A stretch of DNA of 64,000 nucleotides, taken from NCBI GenBank assembly GCA_964410495.1, contig CAYPGP010000001.1:61993-125992 (forward strand), read 5' to 3'. The notes under the pieces were generated by a model. It saw nothing but the letters and a program-made list of their open reading frames with translations, was not told where the DNA came from and did not search any database. This document shows, one piece after another, positions 1 to 8,511 of the stretch. Position 1 is the stretch's first letter, and every line of letters begins with the position of its first letter. Source of the DNA: an uncultured Chloracidobacterium sp. Lineage in GTDB: Bacteria > Acidobacteriota > Blastocatellia > Pyrinomonadales > Pyrinomonadaceae. Position numbers and translations under genes: made by a program.

Positions 1-153
1 ATTGCCAAAGAGCTCTTTGCGGCATCGTTCGACCACGACGTCCACCGATTTCTTGCCCTCTCTGAGGCGATCGCACATCTGGACTACGCCGAATCCGAAG
101 GAAAGCTTGGGGTGGAAATGAGCGGCGGCGTCGAATACTACCGGCCGATCTGA
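1..153 (+). CDS. 3' end of an unidentified protein (partial, enters from upstream of the window)
   Basis: Open frame from base 1 (IAKELFAASFDHDVHRF...GVEYYRPI) ending at TGA 151-153; no motif recognised. Confidence 0.3.
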   Translation: MAKELFAASFDHDVHRFLALSEAIAHLDYAESEGKLGVEMSGGVEYYRPI

Positions 154-156
154 CTG

Positions 157-258
157 GAGCGCAGGCATCCTGCCTGCCGCTTTACAGAATCACGTACTTT
201 GACTTGGGTGTAAACGCGGCTTTCGAAGACTCGGCGGGCAGGCAGGATGCCTGCGCTC
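157..258. repeat. REP/BIME-like palindromic element between convergent genes
   Basis: 22-nt arm GAGCGCAGGCATCCTGCCTGCC (157-178) recurs as a perfect reverse complement at 237-258; each arm contains a self-complementary GCAGGCAtccTGCCTGC unit. Confidence 0.7.
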
Positions 259-262
259 GCCG

Positions 263-1105
263 TTAAGCCGGTTCGGCTTCCATTTTGGGATGGCCAGCCA
301 TGTCGGATATCACCTCGGTTATTTTGGTGATCCCGTCAAAACCGGGAAGCTGGCGAACGCGCTCGGTGACGGTCCGTTCGAGCCCATCTATCGAAGCCTC
401 TTCTGCAAACAAGACCGATATCGCATACTCCGTCCGGCTCTTTGCCAGCGAGCCCTGGCCGACCGGTGCCCAGAAACGCTCGATGAACCAGCGGGCCATC
501 TTTTGCGAATATTCGTTTCTTTCCAACTCGAGCCGGGCGACGCTGCGGTAAAACTGAGCGTGGACCGATTCTTCGCGAATGATCGCATTGATGATATGCG
601 TGAGCACCGGATGATTCGCTAGTTTCATCAATTGGCGATATCCGAGAGCGGCCTCCATTTCGTGGATCGCTCCGAACGTCATGTGCGTGGCCGTGAACTT
701 CTTGCCGATCAGCTTCGTAAGCAAGGTGATCATATAGGCGGTCGCGTTATAGCTGGTCGTGACATCGCGGCGAACCTGGTCCTGCCAGTCGTCATCTGTC
801 TCGTAGCCGGCTTCGTTGAGGAATCGATTTAGCACTTCGCCGTGCGTGATCTCTTCGACGCCCCAGCGTTCCATGAATTTGCTGATGTGCGGATCCTTGC
901 CGGTAGGCGTGCGCAGCAGTTCGCGGTGGTACATGTCGGTCAGCGTTTCTACATCGCGCATGTACAGGAGAACAGGAATGAACTTGTCGTCAAGCGGATG
1001 GTCCTTTACCTGGTGCCAGGGAATCGAGCCGATGAATTCATCGGTCAGGGCTCGATTCTGCCGTTCGAACCAGTCCAGGACATCTTTGTTAGTTTCAAAA
1101 TTCAT
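263..1105 (-). CDS. ferritin-like di-iron carboxylate protein (acyl-ACP desaturase / di-iron oxygenase superfamily)
   Basis: Track ORF 263-1111 starts at TTG, with ATG two codons in at 1105. Two E-x-x-H motifs (GVEEITHGE and IREESVHAQ) lie roughly 95 aa apart. Confidence 0.55.
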   Translation of the reverse strand: MNFETNKDVLDWFERQNRALTDEFIGSIPWHQVKDHPLDDKFIPVLLYMRDVETLTDMYHRELLRTPTGKDPHISKFMERWGVEEITHGEVLNRFLNEAGYETDDDWQDQVRRDVTTSYNATAYMITLLTKLIGKKFTATHMTFGAIHEMEAALGYRQLMKLANHPVLTHIINAIIREESVHAQFYRSVARLELERNEYSQKMARWFIERFWAPVGQGSLAKSRTEYAISVLFAEEASIDGLERTVTERVRQLPGFDGITKITEVISDMAGHPKMEAEPA

Positions 1106-1213
1106 AGACAAAACGGGTCGGACACGCCGTTCAGACTTGCTTAATCGCTAAATTCGCAAAACTACTTCGTACAGATGCGTCAAAATGACGATCTACATAA
1201 TATAATCGAAAAC

Positions 1214-2260
1214 ATGGCAAAGTTGTATATAGCGACCCTCTTCATTATAACCCTTGTGTCAACCGCATTTCCTCAGGCAAAGCCTTTATGGCTGGAAGGC
1301 GAGAAGCACCTGAAGAATATCAAGCAGCTTACATTCGGCGGCGAGAATGCTGAAGCTTACTTTTCATCAGACGGCAAGCAGCTTATTTTTCAGTCGAAAC
1401 GCGATGGCCGCGGATGCGATCAGATATATCGCATGAACATCGACGGTTCGAACACAAAGATGGTTTCGAACGGCGATGGCCGCACGACCTGCTCGTATTT
1501 TTTCAAGGGCAACAAGCGTGTGATATATGCTTCGACCCACGGGGGTGCCAAGGAATGCCCGCCGAATCCCGACATGTCGCAAGGCTATGTTTGGGCGGTC
1601 TATCCTGACTACGATCTTTATACGTCGAAGCCTGACGGTACGGACATCAAGAAGCTGACCGATACCAAGGGCTACGATGCCGAAGCCACCATTTCGCCTG
1701 ACGGCAAAAAGATAATCTTTACCAGCGAACGCAGCGGCGATCTCGAGCTCTATTCGATGGACATCGACGGCAAGAATATCAAACAACTGACCGATGCCGT
1801 GGGCTACGACGGCGGAGCTTTCTATTCGCCGGACAGCAAGATGATCGTCTATCGCCGCTCGACCCCGAAGACCGAAGCGGAAGTTGCCCGCTACAAAGGC
1901 CTGCTCGCGCGCCACCTGATCGTACCGACGACGTTCGAGATCTGGGTGATGAATGCCGACGGCACCAACAAACGCCAGATCACGAACCTAGCGAGCGGCA
2001 GCTTTGCCCCGTACTTTACGCCCGACGGTAAACGGATCATCTTCTGCACCAACTTCTTCGCGACCGATCCGCGTAAACGCAACTTCGACCTCGCTCTGAT
2101 CGATCTCGACGGCAAGAACCTCGAACGCGTGACATTCAACGAAACCTTCGACGGCTTCCCGATGTTCTCGCCCGACGGCAAGAAATTGGTTTTTGCATCG
2201 AACCGCAACGCCGCGAAAGAGGGCGACACTAATGTATTTATCGCAGATTGGGTGAAGTAG
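1214..2260 (+). CDS. TolB-like periplasmic beta-propeller protein (PD40 repeats)
   Basis: Signal peptide from ATG 1214 (MAKLYIATLFIITLVSTAFPQA). Repeated SxDGK-x-I-x-F-x-S-x-R-x-G...Y...DG...KQLT units. Confidence 0.75.
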   Translation: MAKLYIATLFIITLVSTAFPQAKPLWLEGEKHLKNIKQLTFGGENAEAYFSSDGKQLIFQSKRDGRGCDQIYRMNIDGSNTKMVSNGDGRTTCSYFFKGNKRVIYASTHGGAKECPPNPDMSQGYVWAVYPDYDLYTSKPDGTDIKKLTDTKGYDAEATISPDGKKIIFTSERSGDLELYSMDIDGKNIKQLTDAVGYDGGAFYSPDSKMIVYRRSTPKTEAEVARYKGLLARHLIVPTTFEIWVMNADGTNKRQITNLASGSFAPYFTPDGKRIIFCTNFFATDPRKRNFDLALIDLDGKNLERVTFNETFDGFPMFSPDGKKLVFASNRNAAKEGDTNVFIADWVK

Positions 2261-2304
2261 CCCAGCGATCTGCAAGATCAATATTTGCCGCCGTTCTGAG
2301 AAAT

Positions 2305-2874
2305 ATGAAGAAGTGCATTTTTGCTGCGTTTTTCATGTTGTTCACGACCGGCGGCATATTCGCGCAAGCTCCCGTCGTTGATATCGACAAACGCTACTCG
2401 GAGATTTCCGAGAAATCCCGGCTCTGCGAAGCGGATGAGGATCAGGGCCAGTTCGGTGAGCTGTTCATGAACGAGCTGACCATCAACAGCCGTTCGCACC
2501 AGTGGCGGGCGGTTGGAATCTATGGCCAGAAGTTTCGGTTCTTTTACAAACAGGCCGAGAATGACGAGCGACGGTTGTATCCGGACCAGCTTGTTTTTGT
2601 AAAGGCCGAACGAAAGGTTTCCGCCCGCACCTACAATGAGGAGTTCCTGTTTTCCGAAGCCGGAAGCCTTATTTTCTATTTTCAAAGATCAACCAACGAC
2701 GAGGATATGCCCGCCGAGCGGCGTGTCTATTTTGCCGGAGCCAAGGCACTGCGCGTGGTCGAGGATTCGAAAACACGTACACGCCTAACTGCAAAAGACG
2801 CCGGAACCGTTAAAGATATCCTGGCAGCAAGCCGCCGGATCACCGACGTGTTTGCCCGCAGCCTCAAAATGTGA
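2305..2874 (+). CDS. secreted hypothetical protein
   Basis: Internal ATG 2305 gives a clean signal peptide (MKKCIFAAFFMLFTTGGIFAQA); no known motif. Confidence 0.55.
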   Translation: MKKCIFAAFFMLFTTGGIFAQAPVVDIDKRYSEISEKSRLCEADEDQGQFGELFMNELTINSRSHQWRAVGIYGQKFRFFYKQAENDERRLYPDQLVFVKAERKVSARTYNEEFLFSEAGSLIFYFQRSTNDEDMPAERRVYFAGAKALRVVEDSKTRTRLTAKDAGTVKDILAASRRITDVFARSLKM

Positions 2875-2927
2875 TCCTTCGCCTTCGCAAATGCATGTCG
2901 GGCCGTAACTGTAATAGAATTGCGTTC

Positions 2928-3257
2928 ATGAGAACTGCACTGATCCTCCTGCTTTTATGCATGGCATTCGGAGCCTGTGCGAGCAAGCCCGCAAATTCGC
3001 CCGTGCCCGGTGCACCGGGTGCCGCGATCAAAGACGGCGATTACAAAGGCTCGGGCAAGGTTACGAAGATCAATAACGAACTCGGTTCCGTTGAGATGGA
3101 TCATGGCGACATTCCGGGGCTGATGCCGGCGATGCGGATGGAGTTTTACGTGTCGGACAAGGCGATCCTCCAGGGCATCGCGGTCGGCGACAGCGTCGAT
3201 TTTACGATCCTGCACAAAGGCGGCACAGAGACGATAACCAAACTCACTAAGAAATAA
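2928..3257 (+). CDS. CusF-like periplasmic copper-binding protein
   Basis: Signal/lipobox-like N-terminus from ATG 2928 (MRTALILLLLCMAFGAC). GKVTKIN..GSVEMDHGDIPGLMPAMRMEFYV matches the CusF-type H..I..L..M-x-M-x-F core. Confidence 0.65.
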   Translation: MRTALILLLLCMAFGACASKPANSPVPGAPGAAIKDGDYKGSGKVTKINNELGSVEMDHGDIPGLMPAMRMEFYVSDKAILQGIAVGDSVDFTILHKGGTETITKLTKK

Positions 3258-4133
3258 ATGCCCATCGAATTTACCAAGTTTCACGGCTTCGGGAACGACT
3301 ATATCGTTATCGAAAGGTCGAAGATCGCTCCGGATGCCGACCTGAGCGAACTCGCGATCAAGATCTGCAACCGGCACACCGGCGTTGGCGGTGATGGGAT
3401 CGCGGTCCTTGTCGAGGCGTGGCACGAGGGCGAGCCCGGTTCGGCGGACGCGGCGGACTACTTTTGCGAGATCGTCAATCCCGACGGCAGCATCGCCGGG
3501 TTTTCGGGTAACGGAACTCGTTGCGCGGTGGCGTATCTGCATTATCACGGGCTCTGGAAAAAGCGTTCGCTCCGGCTCGAAACCCGCAGCGGGATCAAGA
3601 ATTACCATCTGCTCGAACGCAAGGGCAACGGTGAATTCTGGTTCGAGGCCGAGATCGGAAAGCCGAAATTTGCGAGTGACGAAGTACCGGTCGCGGGCGG
3701 TGAACGTCGGGATTCCGTGGTTGACGAGCCGATAACGATCGACAGCCAAACCCTTGCGTTTGCTGGCGTTAACGTCGGCAATCCGGTTGCCTGCGTGTTT
3801 GTCGACGACTTCGATTTCGACTGGCGTGAGATCGGGCGGAAGATGGAAGTTCATAGCGTTTTCCCCGAAAAGGCGAACATCGTTTTTGTCAAAATTCTCG
3901 ACGCGGAGAACATCGAGATCCGCATCTGGGAGCGTGCCGCGGGCGAAACCTCATCGTCAGGAACCTGCTCGAGCGGTGCCGCGGTCCTTTCGGCATTTAC
4001 CTCACGAACCGGCCGCAATGTGAACGTCCACGCCGAAGGCGGCACTACCCGCGTCTGGTGGCGAGAGGACGGCGAGATCATCATCAACGGTCGGGCCGAT
4101 CTGGCATTCAGCGGCCAGTGGTTACCGCAATAA
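3258..4133 (+). CDS. dapF: diaminopimelate epimerase
   Basis: FTKFHGFGNDYIVIE N-terminus and GNGTRC first active-site motif; ~290 aa two-domain length; ATG directly follows the upstream TAA. Confidence 0.85.
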   Translation: MPIEFTKFHGFGNDYIVIERSKIAPDADLSELAIKICNRHTGVGGDGIAVLVEAWHEGEPGSADAADYFCEIVNPDGSIAGFSGNGTRCAVAYLHYHGLWKKRSLRLETRSGIKNYHLLERKGNGEFWFEAEIGKPKFASDEVPVAGGERRDSVVDEPITIDSQTLAFAGVNVGNPVACVFVDDFDFDWREIGRKMEVHSVFPEKANIVFVKILDAENIEIRIWERAAGETSSSGTCSSGAAVLSAFTSRTGRNVNVHAEGGTTRVWWREDGEIIINGRADLAFSGQWLPQ

Positions 4134-4136
4134 ATT

Positions 4137-4292
4137 GCGGCTTAGCCGCAGTGCTGTGCGGAAAGGCTTCGCCTTTCTGGTGAACAGCTTATTCTTTGCG
4201 GCGGCGCCGCCAGTTTCGAGGCTGAGCCTCGGAAGTTTTAGAAGACTGTCGGAAGGGCCAAGCCCTTCCGCACAGCACTGCGGCAAAGCCGC
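4137..4292. repeat. REP/BIME-like composite palindrome between convergent genes
   Basis: ~30-nt arms GCGGCTTAGCCGCAGTGCTGTGCGGAAAGG (4137-4166) and reverse complement at 4264-4292 (one mismatch, one indel). Internal hairpins at 4161-4177, 4217-4231 and 4251-4269. Confidence 0.7.
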
Positions 4293-4757
4293 TCACCGGG
4301 CGTTCTTGTTCAAAATCTCCGCCACCGTTTTCTGCCGGTAATCAAAAATATAAGCCAGCTCCCTTGCCACTATAAAATGTGCCACATCGCCGAGTGGTTC
4401 GAATGGTAGACGATATTTTACTTCGTCTTCGATCAGTGTTTTGCCGGGTTCGACCTCGGTGAATGTGTGAGTGTGGATCCATTGCGAGTAGGGCCCTCGG
4501 AGCTGTTGATCGACGAAGCGAAAGGGCGGTTCCCAGACTGAGATCTCGGTCCGCCACTTCATCGGGATGCCGCGGAGTTTTAGCTGGTAATCGATCAGCG
4601 TGCCTTTGGTTATCTCGAACGGCTGCGGCGTTGTGATCCGGAAATTGAGTTCCGGCGGCGTTATCCGTTCGAGATTTCCCGCGTCAGCAAAAAACTCAAA
4701 TACCTCTTCGCGAGGCAGGTCGAGGGTCAACGAACGAGTAAGGATATGTTCTGCCAT
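4293..4757 (-). CDS. SRPBCC (START / cyclase-dehydrase fold) family protein
   Basis: From ATG 4757 (MAEHILTRSLTLDLPREEVFEFFADAGNLERITPP...), ~154 aa. This start avoids overlap with the upstream gene ending at 4787. Confidence 0.6.
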   Translation of the reverse strand: MAEHILTRSLTLDLPREEVFEFFADAGNLERITPPELNFRITTPQPFEITKGTLIDYQLKLRGIPMKWRTEISVWEPPFRFVDQQLRGPYSQWIHTHTFTEVEPGKTLIEDEVKYRLPFEPLGDVAHFIVARELAYIFDYRQKTVAEILNKNAR

Positions 4758-4786
4758 AACCGATTCGATTCGCGTCCCCGGCCGAT

Positions 4787-5362
4787 TCAGTTTCGGTCTT
4801 TTAGATATTTTTCCGGGATCTTGTTGTCCGGCGTCTCGGCCTGCCAGTAAATGCTGATCACCCACCAGCGTTTGCCGTCGTTCATCAGCTGGAAGCTGTT
4901 GATGCCGCGGAGGAAAGGTTCCTTGTCATCCTTCTTACGAAATGCGTGATAGGTCGAGAAAACCTGGGCGATGTTGCCGTATTGATCGACGTGGCGGGCG
5001 AGTTCGCGTTCGTGAAAACCGTCGCGCTCCAGCACCGGGCCGCTGCGCGTCACGTAATCCTCGGGCGTCATGAATCTCGCGGCCACGACGCCTGTTTGCG
5101 GATTCTTGCCCGTCGGGATGAGCTTTGCGTCCTTATGAAACAGCGAGCGAAAGCGGTCCCAGTTGCGCTTCTGGTTCGCGTCGCCCGAGATCACGTCGTA
5201 GACGGCCTTCATTATGCTGTCGAGCGATTCGACGTCTTTCGGGTCGGCCGCAGGTGCGGTAATGGGTGACGACGCGGCCGGCGACGGAGCGGGCGTCGGG
5301 GTTTGAGCAATAAAAGGCAGCGACAAAAGTAAGATCGCGATAAGCGGTAGAATGTTTTTCAT
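4787..5362 (-). CDS. secreted hypothetical protein
   Basis: Signal peptide MKNILPLIAILLLSLPFIAQ followed by a Pro/Ala-rich linker; the NTF2-like impression is unverified. Confidence 0.55.
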   Translation of the reverse strand: MKNILPLIAILLLSLPFIAQTPTPAPSPAASSPITAPAADPKDVESLDSIMKAVYDVISGDANQKRNWDRFRSLFHKDAKLIPTGKNPQTGVVAARFMTPEDYVTRSGPVLERDGFHERELARHVDQYGNIAQVFSTYHAFRKKDDKEPFLRGINSFQLMNDGKRWWVISIYWQAETPDNKIPEKYLKDRN

Positions 5363-5367
5363 AGCTT

Positions 5368-5724
5368 CTAGTTACGTCCGAAAAATGCTTTGGTTTCAGG
5401 TTTGATCCAATAAATGAGCAGCGGCACGCAGATCGGCAGAAAACAGCAGCTCGTCATCCCCAAACAAATAAGGACAATTCCGACGATCCAGTTATATGGC
5501 TTCGGAGGAAGAAACAACGCCGCCGCGAAGATGAGAAAAAAGATCGCCCCAAGCACCGCGTACAATCCGCCCAGCAAGAGGACCTCAGACTGTTCGTACA
5601 GACGGCTTTCAGGCTTGGCCACGACCAGAATCACGCCCATGACCGAGACCGCTGCGTAGAGCACCGTCAATATTGCCAGGTATATCCGATACCAGAGAAA
5701 TGTTTTGCGTCCGATCTCGTTCAT
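5368..5724 (-). CDS. small integral membrane protein (4 predicted TM helices)
   Basis: 118-aa ORF made almost entirely of hydrophobic helices; ATG start. Confidence 0.5.
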   Translation of the reverse strand: MNEIGRKTFLWYRIYLAILTVLYAAVSVMGVILVVAKPESRLYEQSEVLLLGGLYAVLGAIFFLIFAAALFLPPKPYNWIVGIVLICLGMTSCCFLPICVPLLIYWIKPETKAFFGRN

Positions 5725-5730
5725 AATCTA

Positions 5731-5812
5731 CGCTTTGCGTTATCTTTGCGACCTTAGAGGGCTTTGCGGTTAAGCCGGCTTTTTAACGCAAAGACCGCTA
5801 AGAACGCAAAGA
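5731..5812. repeat. palindromic element built from CTTTGCG / CGCAAAG heptamers
   Basis: Arm TCTTTGCGaccttagagggCTTTGCGgttaa (5743-5773) faces ttaaCGCAAAGaccgctaagaaCGCAAAGA (5783-5812). A further CTTTGCG copy lies at 5733-5739. Confidence 0.65.
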
Positions 5813-5831
5813 AAACACCAAAAAAAAACAT

Positions 5832-6620
5832 TCATCGATTCTCAATCTTATCCTGCAACTCCCTCGGCAGGGAAGAGAACAGGTCGAGGCCGGTTTTTTG
5901 TTCGATCGAGCGCACCGTGGTCTTGTACCGTTCCCATTTTTCGTTAGCGATACCGTCAACGTTGGGCATATCTACGGCGACGACGCGGGTCTGCTCGGTT
6001 ATCGTTTGCGTCCCAGCTTCTATCATGGCGATGACTTTCCAGCAATTCGTGGGCACCGTGACCTTTCCGCGAAGCCTGCCTTTGTCGCCATAAACTCCAG
6101 CGATCTGATAAACATCAAAGCGTTGACGCGCCTGTCCGCGGGCGTAGCCTTCGAAGTCGTTCCACGGGTACTGGTTCAGGTCGCCGGTTTGCGGAACGAT
6201 GTTGGTCATCAGAAACGTTTCGTTCATCAGCCGTTCGTCGGCAAACCGATCGGCCGCCGGAACCATGTGCCCGCGATCGTAGCCGCTGCCGGAATAGTCG
6301 TAGTACTGGATTCGTGTAAATCCATTAGGCAGCGACCTGTCCGGTTCGAACAGCGGCCGTTCGCGTCTTTCACCAAGGTTCGAAGCTTTTGTCCACCAAG
6401 CGACCCAATTCGGCGTCCCACGATCGTTGTTGTACGACAGCGTGTGGCTTTGATGGACGACGAGCAGATCGTCCTCACCGCTCAACGGCGACGGCGTCCC
6501 AAAGGGCAGGGCGGTCGATGTCGCCGGTGCTGACGCGGGTTCGCTTTGTGGCGGCCGTTCGGGATATTGGCACGCCGCCAGAAGAGCAAGTGCCGCGAGG
6601 ATCGTGAGCGTTCTCAACAT
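5832..6620 (-). CDS. secreted DNA/RNA non-specific endonuclease (beta-beta-alpha-Me, NucA/EndoG family)
   Basis: SGYDRGHMVPAADR catalytic motif followed by NIVPQ; signal peptide MLRTLTILAALALLAAC from ATG 6620. Confidence 0.8.
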   Translation of the reverse strand: MLRTLTILAALALLAACQYPERPPQSEPASAPATSTALPFGTPSPLSGEDDLLVVHQSHTLSYNNDRGTPNWVAWWTKASNLGERRERPLFEPDRSLPNGFTRIQYYDYSGSGYDRGHMVPAADRFADERLMNETFLMTNIVPQTGDLNQYPWNDFEGYARGQARQRFDVYQIAGVYGDKGRLRGKVTVPTNCWKVIAMIEAGTQTITEQTRVVAVDMPNVDGIANEKWERYKTTVRSIEQKTGLDLFSSLPRELQDKIENR

Positions 6621-6648
6621 TCGAAGAAAGTGTAGCAAAGGACTTGTC

Positions 6649-6795
6649 GGTACCGGGAACGGTAGTGACCGGGGTTTTGCGCGTCCCAGGAAAACAAGCC
6701 CCGGGGAGAACTCTCGATCGCTTGGGTCGAATGCGTCCCAAGAAGTTCGTGTTCCCTGCCGTTGGACGATCCCCGGTCACTACCGTTCCCGGTAC
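6649..6795. repeat. MITE-like element with 26-bp terminal inverted repeats
   Basis: GGTACCGGGAACGGTAGTGACCGGGG (6649-6674) matches its reverse complement at 6771-6795 at 25 of 26 positions; no coding capacity. Confidence 0.6.
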
Positions 6796-6907
6796 TGACC
6801 CGTCGTCCTTGTGCGTCCCAGACTCGACGCTTGCGTCCCAAAACCAAGGTTGTCAAATATCCAGTCAAAAGTTAACGGTGAAAGGTGAACAGGGCGGCGT
6901 CGGATCG

Positions 6908-7270
6908 TCAGGGTGAGCCTCGGGCGGGTTGGGTTGGCGAGAGTGTCGCGGCGTACGGGAAAAGATCCGATATTGATCGTGCGATAAAACCGGGAATGCC
7001 ATTCTCGGAAAAATTGGTGGCCGGCGGGCTGCATCTTTTGGCTGGGGCAGCGGGTCTGGCGAATCGCGGTTTTTCGCGGATCGATTCGTCGAGATCGTTT
7101 TCGGATGATGAACACCAATGTTCCCACGCTTCGGCATGGCCATTGTCGAAGCGGCTTTCGATCAGCAGGGCGCAGACCCGCTCGATGAATGCTAGCTTTT
7201 CATGACGGGCGAACTGCGGGAGCTTGATGGAAAGTTTCGAGTGGTTATCACAGACGGCACGAGTGTTCAT
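6908..7270 (-). CDS. orphan ORF, possibly a gene remnant
   Basis: 120-aa ATG ORF. Only the first ~55 aa look protein-like (MNTRAVCDNHSKLSIKLPQFARHEKLAFIERVCALLIESRFDNGHAEAWEHW); the rest is low complexity. Confidence 0.2.
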   Translation of the reverse strand: MNTRAVCDNHSKLSIKLPQFARHEKLAFIERVCALLIESRFDNGHAEAWEHWCSSSENDLDESIREKPRFARPAAPAKRCSPPATNFSENGIPGFIARSISDLFPYAATLSPTQPARGSP

Positions 7271-7416
7271 GGATACAAACCTACTCGAAACCGCGAAAAA
7301 AATAAATGCATTTATGCCGACATTGCATGATTATGCTCAAATCGACACAAAATGCTTAAAATGCCGAGAATGTGTCCGGAAGTGAGCATGGTGCGTGAAT
7401 ACGCTAGAATATTAAC

Positions 7417-8505
7417 GTGACCGAGAAGTTTCATATTACCGGCATGAATCGTCGCGAGCTGGAGGAGTTTTTCCTCTCGATCGGCGAGCCGAAGTATCGT
7501 TCGATGCAGGTGTTTAAGGCCGTGCACGAGCGGCGTCTGCTGACGTTTGACGAGATAACGGATCTCCCGAAGAAGCTGCGGGCAAAGCTCGAAGAAACGG
7601 CGGAGATATCGCGTCTGACGGTTGAATCGCGTTATGTTTCGGTGGACGGGACGCGGCGGTATTTGATGAAAACCGCCGACGGAAAGCCCGTCGAGACGGT
7701 CTTCATCCCGACCGAAAACCGCGACACGATCTGTTTTTCTTCGCAATCGGGCTGTCCGCTCAAATGCGATTTTTGCCTAACGGCGAAGCTTGGCCTGTTA
7801 AAAAATCTGACCGTCGGCGAGATCGTCGAGCAGATAATCATTGTGCTAAATGACGTTTACGGCGTGGCAGGCGAGACTCCGCATGGGACGAACCTCGTCG
7901 GAATGGGGGCAGGTGAGCCGTTCCTGAATTTTGAGAACCTGATCGGCGCTCTGGAGATAATGGCGGATGAAGACGGCCTTTTCATCGTGCCGAACCGTGT
8001 GACGATCTCGACCGCCGGCATAGTGCCGCGGATCTACGATTTTGCGAAGCTCGAAAATCGCCCGCATCTCGCGATATCCCTTTCATCGCCACGGAACGAA
8101 CAGCGAAACGTCTTGATGCCGATCAACAAAAAATGGGATATCGGCGAGCTGATGACGGCGGCGAAGGAGTTTGAGGGCAGTTTGCGGCGTGGCGAACGGT
8201 TTACCTTCGAGTACGTAATGCTCGGCGGTGTCAACGACCGCGACGAGGATGCCCGCGAGCTGGTACGAGTTCTGGAAAGATATCAGTTAAATCGCGTAAA
8301 AATAAACCTCATCCCGCACAATGGTGCCGAACAGCTCGATTACAACGCATCGACGCCGGAACGGGTCGCGAGGTTCAAGAGCTTGCTGGAATCGAACGGT
8401 GTTGACGCCTACGTCAGGCAACCGCGTGGCCGGGATATCTACGCCGCTTGTGGGCAGCTTGCTGGTATGAGTAACGCGTTTACGCGTGACCGTGTCGCGG
8501 ATTGA
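7417..8505 (+). CDS. rlmN: 23S rRNA (adenine2503-C2)-methyltransferase (radical SAM)
   Basis: CPLKCDFC radical-SAM cluster motif, GMGAGEP, C-terminal IYAACGQL; GTG start at 7417 (alternative ATG at 7444). Confidence 0.85.
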   Translation: MTEKFHITGMNRRELEEFFLSIGEPKYRSMQVFKAVHERRLLTFDEITDLPKKLRAKLEETAEISRLTVESRYVSVDGTRRYLMKTADGKPVETVFIPTENRDTICFSSQSGCPLKCDFCLTAKLGLLKNLTVGEIVEQIIIVLNDVYGVAGETPHGTNLVGMGAGEPFLNFENLIGALEIMADEDGLFIVPNRVTISTAGIVPRIYDFAKLENRPHLAISLSSPRNEQRNVLMPINKKWDIGELMTAAKEFEGSLRRGERFTFEYVMLGGVNDRDEDARELVRVLERYQLNRVKINLIPHNGAEQLDYNASTPERVARFKSLLESNGVDAYVRQPRGRDIYAACGQLAGMSNAFTRDRVAD

Positions 8506-8511
8506 TGGCCT

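Noticed and set aside
3258-4133. The second DapF active-site region reads GETSSSGTCSSGA rather than the familiar GET-x-ACG(T/S)G, suggesting a shifted or missing second catalytic Cys.
   Set aside because: I cannot fix the alignment register by eye. The Cys three residues later may simply be the catalytic one, so this is not reported as an anomaly.
7405-7417. TAGAAT hexamer 6 nt upstream of the rlmN GTG, suggesting a leaderless mRNA.
   Set aside because: There is no convincing -35 element, an alternative ATG start exists at 7444, and promoter rules for this lineage are uncertain.
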